Positions 38,501 through 49,030 of a DNA stretch of 64,000 bases are shown here, one piece after another. The stretch covers positions 5,889 through 69,888 of the forward strand of contig NMRA01001016.1 of NCBI GenBank assembly GCA_002633005.1, written 5' to 3'. The position numbers were made by a program, and so were the translations under genes. This stretch comes from Phoronis australis. Taxonomy: Eukaryota > Animalia > Phoronida. How positions within the stretch are numbered: the first letter of the stretch is position 1; every line of letters begins with the position of its first letter. The notes beneath the pieces are model-generated. The model made no database searches and was not told where the DNA came from. It saw nothing but the letters and a program-made list of their open reading frames with translations.

Positions 38501-41500
38501 CTTAGCCTTTATGTGGCAATTGTGACGTCGGAGTGTAAGACCAAATTTCAACCTTAAGTCATTTTTCATGTATCATTTGATGTATCATACTTTCTCTGGT
38601 TGAATTTTGTTGTAAATGCTTTTTCAAAAACAGACTTACACCCATAGATAAACGATTTATTTTGAGAGGGCTTTAAATTTGATTATGCCTTTAAAACATT
38701 TCATTCAACACACGTTTTGTTTGTCCTTCGAGGATGACTGACATATCGAAAGTCTTCCCTTTCAGCGTAATCAACACATTCCGCACAATGTACTGGGTAT
38801 TATTCGGTATGGGCGAGCCCAACGTGGTCGAATTAGGCTCCTTCAACAAACAGTTCACACAGGACGCCGGCTATATTCTCTATGGTATCTACAACATAGT
38901 CATGGTGATATTACTGCTCAATATGTTGATTGCCATGATGACGCGCTCATTTGAAATGATCCACGTAAGTTGAGTTGTTCAACCTGGGATTTTAGTTGAC
39001 TTGTCAATCAGTTTCTAGGTCAGCCTACCGATGTCAAAAAGCAAACAAAGCACAAGTATCCATACTCGCACCATAAAACTTTTCATTTCCCTCCAGTTTA
39101 AAAGCGCGCCACTGGCGGCAACTCGCAGCCGTGCAGGCCAAAGTGCAAAAACACATCGGTAAATACAGTCATGAACCACCTTGTGACACCTTGACCTAAC
39201 TGACCAACGCATTTCCTCGGGCAAATTGAAGTATAATCTATTAAAATGAACACTGTTGAGATGATATAATATGACGAGTAAGTGTATTTCAGAGTGAATC
39301 CGATATCGAGTGGAAGTTTGCTCGTTCTCAGCTGTACATGGATTACATAACCAAAGGTAATACCTTGCCCGCACCACTCAACATCATCCCATCACCATAC
39401 GCCATCTATAGATTCGTGCGAAGGAGTTGCGGTAATGATTGCTGCAAGCGAAAGCCACTACCTAAAGACTTGCCCGACATTGAAGAAGTAAGCCAGCCAG
39501 TAGAAAGCACTAATATACAGTTTTCCAAAGATTAGAACTGTACACTATACATGTAGGTGTATTCGCTAGTAGATTATGGCACAGTCGTAAATGCACTGTC
39601 TTGTGCTGCTGGCGCCAACTGTCGAGCATCACACTCTGCTGTACGCTACACTTGGGTCCATCAGAATACCAATAGGCCTAACCTGTGTCTCCACCATCCG
39701 TCTGTCGTGATTCAGTGGCCTTGTTCTTGTGATTCCCTGAATGTAAATGAATGTGTTGTGGCTTAAACAGAAATATATGCTTATAGGTGTATAAATACAT
39801 GTATATATTGCAGGTATAGACTATTGAAGACCGCGGCAAGGTCTTTTGTCGTTGTGAAGCATATGCACTCGCGAAGCCAATTTCCTATACACCTTCATTA
39901 AACGCCGTCGTGAAGTACGAGATACGTTCATGCCATTTAATTTTTCAGTCTCATGTAGTCATGACATATTTGAACTCTTTAAAATACTCCAAAGATGGAA
40001 TGGAGAATGTCTTCCGGAAGGGATTCATCACGGAAGGACTCTTATAGACCGCTAGAGGTCAGCGTCGTCTTGCTTTCACGGTCGTCCAACGAAACACTGG
40101 CCTGGAAATGATGCGCAAATTATAAATCAAAACTTTTGTAGACTCAGTGGGATATTTCCCCAATGTTGAGAAGTCGCCTGGCTCTTGGGATTGATTGTAC
40201 ATCCGTCTGCCGGTTTTCCTATAAAAGAGCTACCCCCGTCCTCCTTACTTCTCCTCTCCTCTCTCGCTCTCTCTCTCTCGCTCTCTCTCTCTTGCTCTCT
40301 CTNCGTCGTCTCTCTCTCTCTCTCTCTGCTTCCCCCTCATCTCACTCCGCCTTCGGACGCTCTATCGACCGAGCGCCTGATGTTTGCTACTGCGGGGTTT
40401 AAACCAGTCTCATTTGCCTTGCGGTGCTGAGACCTGCGCTTCCTATGTAGGTATCTCGCATTCGTCACCATTGCACAAAATACTTTTGTCAGTTTCCAGA
40501 GGTTTTGATTTATAATTTAACGATTGTGTTTTTCACCTGTATGAGCTTTAACGTGCCTCCACTACTGGCCTATATAGACACCGTAACATCTTTTGACGTC
40601 TGCGTTAACATAAGAACGTCGTGTAGCGTTCGATTTCACATGGAGCGATCAAGTTTACTTTTCTTCATAGACAAAACAGAGAAACTTTGCTTTTGATTTT
40701 TATGCAAATATAGCGATCCAATTTAGGATTGTTAAACTCTAATTTGAAAAACGGCGACCTTTTGCACATTACAGTTATTTAATTATATCCAAAATCAGGA
40801 GGTTTTGTATGTTTATATTTTTACATCAGCGACGTCGCTAATTTACCCACATGCTTTGATTTTTTTCTGCTTGGCGTTTGCATGACAATTTCATTTGCTG
40901 TGAATTACTACGCCCATGGCATAGCCAGTTTTGTTCCCTTGTTAGTGACCCTTGATGTGAGTGAACTTTGCTTTAGCATGTGACGTTTCTTAACCAAGTG
41001 AGTTGATCATTTGTCTGAACCGATAAACCCATATGCGTACGTATAGCTCTTTGTCTTGTTTAATCAGGGTCTGAGTAATCTTGGCTTGCATGCTGGTGAT
41101 GACTCGCCCCAGGAAGAGGCTGTTCTTCCCGTTTTTGGTGAACCTCGTGGTGACAGGCAAGATATGAGTTGCGTGTCTGTCACTACAAAACGCTACCAAG
41201 TGAGTCATGCGTTTGCTTGTACAGGTGTATTTGTGAAATGGACGAGTAGCGAGAGAAAGGTTGAATTGTTCCTTTTAGATAAGTGACCAGCACCGTGGTC
41301 TCTCCCAAAGCACGTAGATTTATGATTTTGTTAACTTGATTGCAGTGATATAAGTCCACCTTAGATTTCTTTACCTAATGAGAGGTAACGTCGGCGATGT
41401 AACCTTTATATACAAGCCAGATGGCAACCGTGGGAATCGTTGACTGCACTATATTGAAATCTTCACTTACACATTTGCTTGATTTGCATTAATTTATTCG

Positions 41501-44132
41501 TTTGACTATACACTCAACCTTTTCTGCATTGAATGTTTTTGATATTTGACTAAACCCAAATCATTGCTTTCATGTACCAACTAATTAGTAATTTATGACC
41601 TCAAATATTGTTCTATCTTTTAGATTGTTATGAAAAGTATCATAAAAAGGCACATCTTTAAAACTGAATACGAGGACATGTCTACAGGTGAGAAGTACTT
41701 TGTTTCCTAAAAGATAGTTGTCAGCATTTTGAGCTCCAGTAGGCAGCGGGTGCGTGCCACTCACCCAATAATTTGTAACCTGGGACAAATGAGCGGCAAA
41801 GCTTATTAACGATTGGGGTAAGGGCGAATTGACAGATTCTCACGTGGCAATTAATGGGGGGGCAGGGGCGGATCTAGGATTTTGAGTTATGGGGGCAGGG
41901 CATAGTATTAGGCAGGATTTTACCAGCCAGACATTCGCACCCCCGAACTGTCAAATGGAATCTTAGAGAATTTCAGGGGCCATGGCCTCCTTGCCGCCCC
42001 TCTAAATACGCCACTGGGGGCACGACGTAAGGGCTAGCGGGTGGTGACGATTGCGGTGGCGACCGGGGAAGAGATTTTGTCGAGATTGAATGTGTATATA
42101 TGCTCTTTCAACGGTCTAAGATGTTTACGCATTAACTACAAGGCAGAAGTACTACAGTTGTTGCACAATTAAAGCGAAGGCAACCTTTTTCATGTCATTT
42201 TTAGCAAAAATAAGGTTTGCTGATTATCTCAGACATAATTTTCACTTATTTACTGCTTTTCGTAATTTAATTGATTACTCGTCGTCTACTCCGGAAGTGA
42301 CGTTTTTGGAGGCAAGAATTTCGCGCCAATTTCTTTTCGTATAGTCCGACTGTGAGAGAAGTCGAGTCAGTCATTGTTGTGCCTCGGTTGTGATAAATTC
42401 GGTCGTCGTTTGCTTTTGCTTACGAGTCAGTCAACATGCCACGCTGTTGCTGCGTACTGGGATGTACTCATTATCGTCTCACGTACAGAGGAAGAACTGT
42501 CCCACTTGCCCGAGTGTCCCGCGACACACTCCCACTGGAGGGTGATCTGAGTACCCAAACTGCTTACATCCCGCCGTGTGACTCCCTCGCCACACACTTG
42601 GCACCTTCTAAATAGCTCCAATACAAGTCCGCAATAAAGTTATCAAACTTTGGCTCACCGATCTGTTCACTGGATGACGAACTGTCCTCTTCACTGGGTG
42701 TCGAACTGGGCCTGTATTCACTCCCACTACTCAGCATCGCTACAGGGCTGATTACAGGCTCTGGGCTAGAGACAACAGCACAGGGCGAATCACTGCTAGT
42801 TCCCGGATGTGCACGCAATGGGGGTACGTTCGGAGGCACAGGTGACAGTAGATGAAGTGCTCCAGTCAATGTATATAGACAGTGGCCACAGCTCGATCGC
42901 GAGGCTTCTCGCTTCAAAAACGCACTTTTCGGGGTTGGCGACGGGGCAATGCCGGCAATCAACAGCGACGGTATGGTACCCTTCTTCAGGCGTTATTTCG
43001 CAGGGACTTTCATCAATTCAGCGTACATATCTCTATCGTAATCTGACGGCTGAAAATGCTTGCCACACACTCGGTAACCCTCCACTGCTTTGTACGTTGC
43101 CTGGACGGGTAGCGCTGCGTTCTTCACATGAACGAGCTAGCCAAGTACGGCGAAGTGTGTCATCCTTCGGAAAGCGACGCAAGGTACCCAAAGCGCGTGT
43201 GAGACGATAATGAGTACATCCCGGCACGTAGCAACAGCGTGGCATGTTGACTGACTTGTAAACAAAAGCAAATGACGACCGAACTTATCACAACCGAGGT
43301 AGAGCAATGACTGACTCGACAGCTCTCACAGTCAGACTATAACGAAAAGAAATTGGCGCGAAACTCTCTCCTCCCAGAAACGTCACTTCCGGAATAGAGG
43401 ACGAAAAATTAATCAAATTACGAACAGCTGTAATTAAGTGAAAAATGTGTCTGGGATAATGAACGAACCTTATTTTTGCTAAAAGTGACATGAAAAAAGG
43501 TTGCCTTTGCCTTTAAAGCTGCCACTCTCAGTGACTTGCTATCTATCTTGGCGTTTTCAGCTATTTTGCAAAGTTAAACTACAAAGATAAGCCGGCTTTT
43601 TGACAATGTCCAATTCAGAATGTTGTAATTGCTTGTTTTAGGGGTTACCATGGAAGAACTTAAGCAGGACATCTCTAGCTTTAGATTTGAGACCTTGAAT
43701 TCCCTTCAAGTATCACCACCCGATAACGAAAGTCGTAGCCTTTCCAAGAGATTGCAAATCTTAGAAAGTGCAGTAGACAGCACCAGGACATCCCTCGAAA
43801 CAATGCACGACAAACTGAACCACTTACTCACCAGACAAGCTAAGCAGATGGGAGGACTTACGCCTTCTTTAGAAAATTTGTTAGAACAACCGACGTCCAG
43901 TACCAGTAAGAAAAATGTCGGGAAACGTTGCTGGCAGAAAGTTCGTTCTCACGTGCTGGAAAATACGAACGCAAATGAACCAATTATGGAGGATGACGAG
44001 GATTCCGTAGTGTTTTACTTGACTGACGAAAACAAAAGAGACGGTCAATCACCGAAAAGAAGCAACTTGAACAAAAAGCATCTGCGCATTTCTATTCCCA
44101 GTGAAACTCCATCAAAGGAGGCAAACGTGTGA
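26273..44132 (+). CDS. TRPC: TRPC-family (short transient receptor potential) channel, 13 coding exons, ~949 aa
   Basis: join(26273-26422,29582-30046,30402-30593,30874-31041,31712-31952,32454-32693,35491-35642,36751-36911,38766-38964,39293-39487,41068-41199,41624-41687,43642-44132) = 2850 nt with compatible phases and GT-AG introns. Ankyrin repeats, ITPLILA, HxxxCxCxxC, FVAHP.CQQ, LLNMLIAMM, EWKFAR, LPAPLNIIPSP, ELKQDISSFRFE. The true start and the exon 2 acceptor (next to an N gap) are uncertain. Confidence 0.95.
26933..28339. mobile_element. Kolobok-like non-autonomous element in TRPC intron 1
   Basis: TTAA|GGTTATATCCAACCTTATT ... AATAAGGTTGGAGATAAAC|TTAA. Confidence 0.75.
29485..29553. 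repeat. (TA)n(TG)n microsatellite followed by an N gap (29554-29579)
   Basis: Directly visible. Confidence 0.95.
29582..30046 (+). CDS. TRPC: TRPC exon 2 (ankyrin, Zn-binding TRP_2 region)
   Basis: MLLEKT..DITPLILASQYNRYEVVQLLL..KPHQYYCKCSTC..DPIYTAFEL..EKHYK|gt; the 5' edge abuts the N gap. Confidence 0.9.
30402..30593 (+). CDS. TRPC: TRPC exon 3
   Basis: ag|VEYLKLADQLSDYVVKLLDRVR..ARLRMAIEFEEKK|gt. Confidence 0.92.
30874..31041 (+). CDS. TRPC: TRPC exon 4 (pre-S1; absent from the ORF track)
   Basis: cag|FVAHPTCQQKLVSTWYGDLG..LVYPFLAGVYLVMPYSK|gtcagt. Confidence 0.92.
31712..31952 (+). CDS. TRPC: TRPC exon 5 (S1-S2)
   Basis: cag|VGRLVKTPCVKLIAQSTYFIVFLVLLLVSS..EMVYLFVMCFVA G|gtaaa. Confidence 0.9.
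32454..32693 (+). CDS. TRPC: TRPC exon 6 (S2-S3)
   Basis: cag|(G)LFYQECQQIFHDGVRMYFSSFYNVFDTCM..FYWLRA G|gtagg. Confidence 0.92.
33291..34920. mobile_element. Kolobok-like non-autonomous element in TRPC intron 6
   Basis: TTAA|AGGAGCATGTCACCC ... GGGTGGCATTCTCCT|TTAT (TIR 13/15; TSD with one mismatch). Confidence 0.7.
35491..35642 (+). CDS. TRPC: TRPC exon 7 (S4, S4-S5 linker)
   Basis: cag|(D)RMYWRNHDPYILSEILFGFANVLSFSR..LPANEHFGPMQISLARMLK|gtaag. Confidence 0.93.
36222..36295. repeat. ~21-bp minisatellite, ~3.5 copies
   Basis: GAAGGACGGACCTTCAGAT-like units in tandem. Confidence 0.8.
36546..36663. repeat. ~47-bp inverted repeat with a duplicated 16-bp spacer
   Basis: Arms 36546-36593 and 36602-36648; GAGTCTATTGTAACTT at 36590-36605 and again at 36648-36663. 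Confidence 0.9.
36751..36911 (+). CDS. TRPC: TRPC exon 8 (S5; absent from the ORF track)
   Basis: cag|DFFKFMFILVVIYFSFLVGMVNIYWYY..ADKHFG GA|gtaagt. Confidence 0.93.
36965..37255 (+). repeat. Old dispersed repeat; second copy at ~49742-50075
   Basis: Shared TTTTCAGCATCACTAAACCTT..TCACAATCGA..AAACGAGAAAA..GTACCCAGCGC..TAAGTTGTCA..CATTAA; low identity. Confidence 0.65.
37445..37862 (-). mobile_element. Penelope-like element 3' remnant (GIY-YIG endonuclease), minus-strand copy
   Basis: Frameshifted KDKVPREK-SNVVYGIMCEDKVCTESYVGETVQSLKSRMGQHRR..SAVFTHINTARHSF..LDREETWFKRG. Confidence 0.8.
37880..38305 (+). mobile_element. Penelope-like element 3' remnant (GIY-YIG endonuclease), plus-strand copy
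   Basis: VRSQLVRVKDKVPMEK..ESYVGETKESLRSRMN*..VRILDREENWLNRDVKESIYE..PSLNR*GGLRFQLSRTWN. Confidence 0.85.
38766..38964 (+). CDS. TRPC: TRPC exon 9 (pore helix, S6)
   Basis: cag|C VINTFRTMYWVLFGMG..GYILYGIYNIVMVILLLNMLIAMMTRSFEMIH|gtaagt. Confidence 0.94.
39293..39487 (+). CDS. TRPC: TRPC exon 10 (TRP box)
   Basis: cag|SESDIEWKFARSQLYMDYITKGNTLPAPLNIIPSP..DIEE|gtaag. Confidence 0.94.
40250..40327. repeat. (CT)n microsatellite
   Basis: Directly visible. Confidence 0.9.
41068..41199 (+). CDS. TRPC: TRPC exon 11
   Basis: cag|GLSNLGLH..VTTKRYQ|gtgagt; phase 0-0; ends at the conserved YQ before the rib helix. Confidence 0.8.
41624..41687 (+). CDS. TRPC: TRPC exon 12 (rib helix / CIRB-like; absent from the ORF track)
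   Basis: tttag|IVMKSIIKRHIFKTEYEDMST G|gtgag; compare TRPC YQxxMKRLIKRYV. Confidence 0.85.
41863..42016. mobile_element. Short MITE (CAG-G/T-GGCG termini, hAT-like)
   Basis: CAGGGGCGGATCTAG ... CTAAATACGCCACTG; family member at 18318; no clear TSD. Confidence 0.65.
42173..43512 (-). mobile_element. THAP-encoding Kolobok-like deletion derivative with ~310-bp inverted arms, in TRPC intron 12
   Basis: TTAA|AGCGAAGGCAACC ... GGTTGCCTTTGCCT|TTAA; arms 42173-42482 and 43199-43512. Confidence 0.85.
42483..43245 (-). pseudogene. THAP zinc finger + acidic linker + N-terminal Cys/His motif of a transposase, disrupted
   Basis: MPRCCYVPGC..RRFPKD..RRTW / VCGKHFQPSDY..RLKKGTIPSL / SEYRPSSTPSEEDS / CQVCG..GTQITLQWECVAGHSGKWDSS; frameshifts and a stop. 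Confidence 0.8.
43642..44132 (+). CDS. TRPC: TRPC exon 13 (coiled coil, C-terminal tail, stop)
   Basis: tttag|(G)VTMEELKQDISSFRFE..SKEANV*. Confidence 0.92.
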
Positions 44133-44337
44133 TAGCATGGCTTCAAAATGGGATTTGTGGTAGGAACATTAATTAGGTGTCATAAATCTGCTCTAATACG
44201 ACTTGCTTGTTAAGCTCACCCTATCATGTCGGACTCTGTGGATGCCAGCCAAGTTGACATCACAATATCAGTTGCATAATTGTTTTCATAGTACTGTGTG
44301 TCTCTGCAAATCACTCTCAAAACCTTTTGCCAGTGAA

Positions 44338-44343
44338 AATAAA
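44338..44343 (+). terminator. Candidate TRPC polyadenylation signal
   Basis: AATAAA ~205 bp after the stop codon. Confidence 0.4.
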
Positions 44344-47300
44344 TGAATACTTGGACGACGAAGTGATACTACATGTGAGGAATAATACTCGACAGTATAA
44401 GTATTATAATACCTCAAGTGAACATAGTAATGTATTTACAGTGTCAATAAGTGCAAACTATTTCAATAGTAGTTTTTCGTCAAGCTTAATTTATACAAGG
44501 CATGTAGAGTTATATTGTTACGTCAAACTTTCACGGAGACGCTCTCACTCGTGACAATTAGGTATTAGAATTAAATTAGTGTTCGAAGCCTGTCTCTGGG
44601 GTCTCTCGACTTGAGCATAGAGTGAAATATTCTATGTCAATACAAACCAGCAATATTCATAGCTGTAGCCGACTCCGAGTTTGTATCTCTTGAGCCATCA
44701 CTTTTTCATTTGAAGTCACCAGGTCACTGGGTTCAAAAATGTGTCCATGGCTTAGTTTTTCTGAGAGGCACACTCATGGCTTTGATGACATCAGACTGGT
44801 TGGATACATAATTAATCCTAATTTCTACAGTTTGTTATGTTGTAAATTACTACAACCCTCTGTGTTGTAGTGCTTTATGTGCTGTCACTACCCGACCGCG
44901 TCCCGAGTACGGCTCTCAACTTAACACTTACATGTACGGTCTGGTTTGATTCACCTTGTCCACCGCGTATCCCCCGAACTGTATCTCGGATGAGGGCATG
45001 ACATGGCATTCCATTTGCGGTATTCTTTAGTGGCAAAACGCAAACAAATAAATCATTTATGTTATGTTAAGCTACGACTCTCTTAAACAAGCCTGGGTTG
45101 CACCGATCTTCACTGGAAAAAGGATTACCGGTAATTCATTTCACCCAGGTTACATCTGCTCTAGGCAATTGCCATCCAACTAGGACCGCCATAAGCTGAA
45201 GTAATACCTCGCTCAGTCTTAACCAACAGAGCCACGATGCTATAAATGTATTTTAAGCATAAAAGGATGCCATGGTCTTCGATATCTTTAAACACCTACA
45301 ACGCGAGCAAATACTTTTTTTGATATTTGGAACGCATCTCTTCATTCGTCAGTGAATCGTTTTGTCTAGGTATGGTTGAGTTTCAAGTACTAGCGAACTC
45401 TGACGGATCATCAGTCTACTGCGGTGGTAATTTGCTCCCGAGTTCATGGAGTCAGAACTCCGGCGCTGCTGATTAAAAAGTACACGCTATAGACATGCGC
45501 ACTGGTGCGGAAAACAGAAATGAATGACTCAGTTTCAGAATTCGTTGACGCAGCAAAGCACTATCCAAACAATGTTCGAGTTGGGAAGATTTAAAGACTC
45601 CAACTGCCTCCACAGGAGTCCTACACTTGAAAGGCTCACGATTTTTTTATTAAATGTAGTAAAAAACAAACGTAGTTTCATATATTAATCCGATTTGCCA
45701 TTTCCGCTGAGATACAATGTTCAGAAGTCAGACAATTTTTAACATTTTTGCTAGGGTTCTACATAAGTTTAAGGCATTCAATGAGGATTTTCTACCTTAT
45801 TTAGTGCCTAACCCGAGACTAGCGCAAAGTGATCGCCTTGAAAACTACATACGATTTCTGTTTGCGTTGATCAGAGACTGAGTTAGACGCACGTGACGGC
45901 AGGTAAAACACTTCTGGGAAAACACCTCATTTCGGATATATGTTGGTATAGTGGGCTAAAACAATCGTGTACGAGGTTGGCAGTTTCAATTCTGAGCTGG
46001 CACTTTCAATGGAGCAAAGTAGATGGGACGAATACAACTGGGCACGTGCACGCCTTGTTTAAAGATAAGATTCAATGGGAGAAAGGACATTGAGTCTAAG
46101 TGGCCGGTGCAACGTGAAGAATGAGTTCAGTTTCTTAGTGTTGACTGAATAGACTGAGAACAGGGAGATGACTGGTAGCACGGCCACTAAATCTTGGGTT
46201 CTGCATAGACACTTCATTAGTGGCGACTGTAGTTTGCTACTGTTCTGAGTTCACAGAACCCGCCCGGGATTTGGCTTGGAAAGTTGTAGTTCGCGACATG
46301 ACAAGACGATATTCGCTTGTTTAGTATGTCTGGGTTCGGACCCAGATCAATAAAATGAAAATCACAAATTAAAAACAACCAATAATTAGGCCAGATCTAA
46401 GTATCGCTGTAAATTACTAAGTACTTAANGACTTTACTGTTTTGTTTATCATCCCAAAGGTAACTAAAATGCATAGTATGGTTAAAATCGGTGACATTGG
46501 GTTTATCACCCCTCTGGGCATTTTTGCCTGCTGTGAGCCGTACTTCACTCTTAAAAATTGTTGCCTGGCCACGGGCATGGTCAATCGTACAGTAACGCTT
46601 ACCTACTGATCCCCGAGAGCAAACAATGGGTGCACTTGCTCTTCTTATTTTTTTTTAGGGACGGAGGCAAATGCAGAACTTGATACAGTGCTGTACATGT
46701 AGCTCCTCTAACATCTAGTTTTGACTTAAGGACATTTAGGCATTGGGATCTATATTTTTGATTTTCTTCAGACTCCTGTATAGCGTGCGGTGTCATCGTA
46801 AGCCTTGTCTACACACTCCTTATAATCGCACGATTTCGTATGACGACTAATTTAGATAATCAAAGTGGTTGGCTCTTATCGAGCTAATGACGTACACAAC
46901 TGTACTCCAATATTAGTATACGGCGTAACTTATACACGAATCCCGTGCAGCGAGACGAGAAGAACAGTATGCACCCCTCACTCTTTTGTCCTATACAAGT
47001 TCGTGTTTGATAGATCGTGTTTTGGGAACGCTGGTAATGGATCACATGCGTGGTAGCGGCAATTACTCGCTCTGTGATGATCCGTAGCATTCAGCAGTTC
47101 CACAGTCGTATAGGTTCAAGTCTGACACGAGTATTTTTGACCGACTCGGGGTATCCATTTGTTATAACAGGCGGCATGGAGTTCATGTAGCACTTTGGGA
47201 AAAGTTTATCTTTCACATACATGTAAAACCAACATGCATGAGTTGGTCAGGCAAGATATGATCTTTGTCTCGTGTCAATATGGCTTCCGTGTGATCCTAT

Positions 47301-47540
47301 CTGTACCTGCTCAAGGCAACACATTAAATTATCAATTTGTAAATGTATTAAGACATCCCTAGTTAACATTGTTGTCTGATTACAAATGCCATTTTACCTG
47401 ATACTCAGTGGCTAACACACTGGCCGAGTTTGGGGATGTGAACTTTCCACCTGTTTAAGAACAATTGGTTTTTCCAAGTATGTTAACAAATCTACACATA
47501 TTGAGGAGGTTTCAGTGGTTTAACTCGCTATTTATACATC

Positions 47541-48000
47541 ATGGAAGTAGGCCTATCGGAGAAATGGCCGAGTTCATTCGTCTCACAAAATAACGGCAAC
47601 GTGACTACTTGTTCACTGAGTAATTCAACCGTCTTTCACAAGATCGCAGATATAGCAACGGCCTTCAGCTGCGTAAGTTCTATTTTAGCCGCCTTTGGGA
47701 TTGTCATATGCTACACTTGGTTTCCGGCTCTGTTACTGTACCTTACTCTAGCAGACTTTTTGACAGCTTCCGGAAATTTGGCCGGACTTACACGTGATAT
47801 CATTTTGCAGTAGCAGCGCCAACCTTACAGACGCTATGGAGACTCTGTGTATTGCTCAAAGCATAGTTAGAACTTACTCCAGCATGTGTTCTTTTTCTGG
47901 ACGGCAGCCATTTCATATTTTATCTTATTACCTGTGGCGAAGAACTGGTTTGAAACCAAGTTCTTGGTCACCTGTAACGTGATCTATTGGTTCGTGCCAG
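47541..48000 (+). pseudogene. GPR157: GPR157-like (cAMP-receptor-like) GPCR first exon, TM1-TM4, disabled
   Basis: SCVSSILAAFGIV..LLLYLTLADFLTA..LCIAQSIVRTYSSMCS/FFWTAAIS..IYWFVP G|gtaatt. Needs two frameshifts (TAG at 47811-47813 in the first frame); TM1-TM2 loop looks shortened; no later exons found. Confidence 0.75.
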
Positions 48001-49030
48001 GTAATTACAATACGTTGGCTTACGTAGTTCTAAACAATTTAAAATTTACTTTCGCGTCTCAGAATTTATAATCTTTGCACTGAGAAATTGTTGATATCAA
48101 GTTATTTTCCAGCTCCGCACTCTCTAAATTTAATCTGAGATTAGCACTTTTCTTAAAATATTGTTTGTAATAATTTTAACAATTTATATAAAGCCTAAAA
48201 AGTCAATAAATATGGATGCAGTGGTAATTAAAACATGAAAACAGGCATTGAGATAATCTGGATGATAAAATACTTAGTGTGGTTTTAAAACTTCGTATAT
48301 ATGTATATTACGAGGTTGTTGTTGAATGAATGTTGTCGGAGTAAACAGTTACATGTCCTTTGGTGAATAATATTTTGTGATAAAAAATTTACATGACCTG
48401 TCTGTAGCAGAATTTCACGACAGTATAGTTCCTTTCGAAGGGAGGCAACGTACTAACTACAGACGATTACATTGGTGTCGCTGTAGAACTAATACGGGAT
48501 GGGGCTGGGGATGTTCTTTGGACTCAAAACACTGACGAGAAAAACTAATGTGATCACGTGCTTCTGTAATTATTCGTTGTGGAGGTTTTCCTGAGATTCG
48601 ATCGTCACACCCTTTCTGTTTTGAAATGAATTTTTGTGAAGTACCTCTTGCAGGAGGTGGGGTGACAATCAGATGGCACCAGTATTTCGTTCTGAATTAT
48701 ACGGGTATACTTTCATTTTCAGATAGTCCACCATTCTCGAGGGGGGGGGGGGGCTGTGGGGACACCTGGAATCATTGTCACTCTTTTTTATGTATTACAG
48801 CAAAAGTCACGAATTATTGCCCGACAGGCCGGGATCGACTTGGCGAGAGGTGGGAAAAATAGCAGACCGGTCAGCAAATTTTTGATTGACCGGCAGCAGA
48901 CCCGTGTATTGTCGACTTCACCGAGTGCCCAGATTTCAATACAGATTCCTCTCTCAAATTTTGGCTTCCAATGCAATCAACCATTACCAAAGTCACACAT
49001 TTATCACTCGTCGGTTATTTCCGTTAGTCT

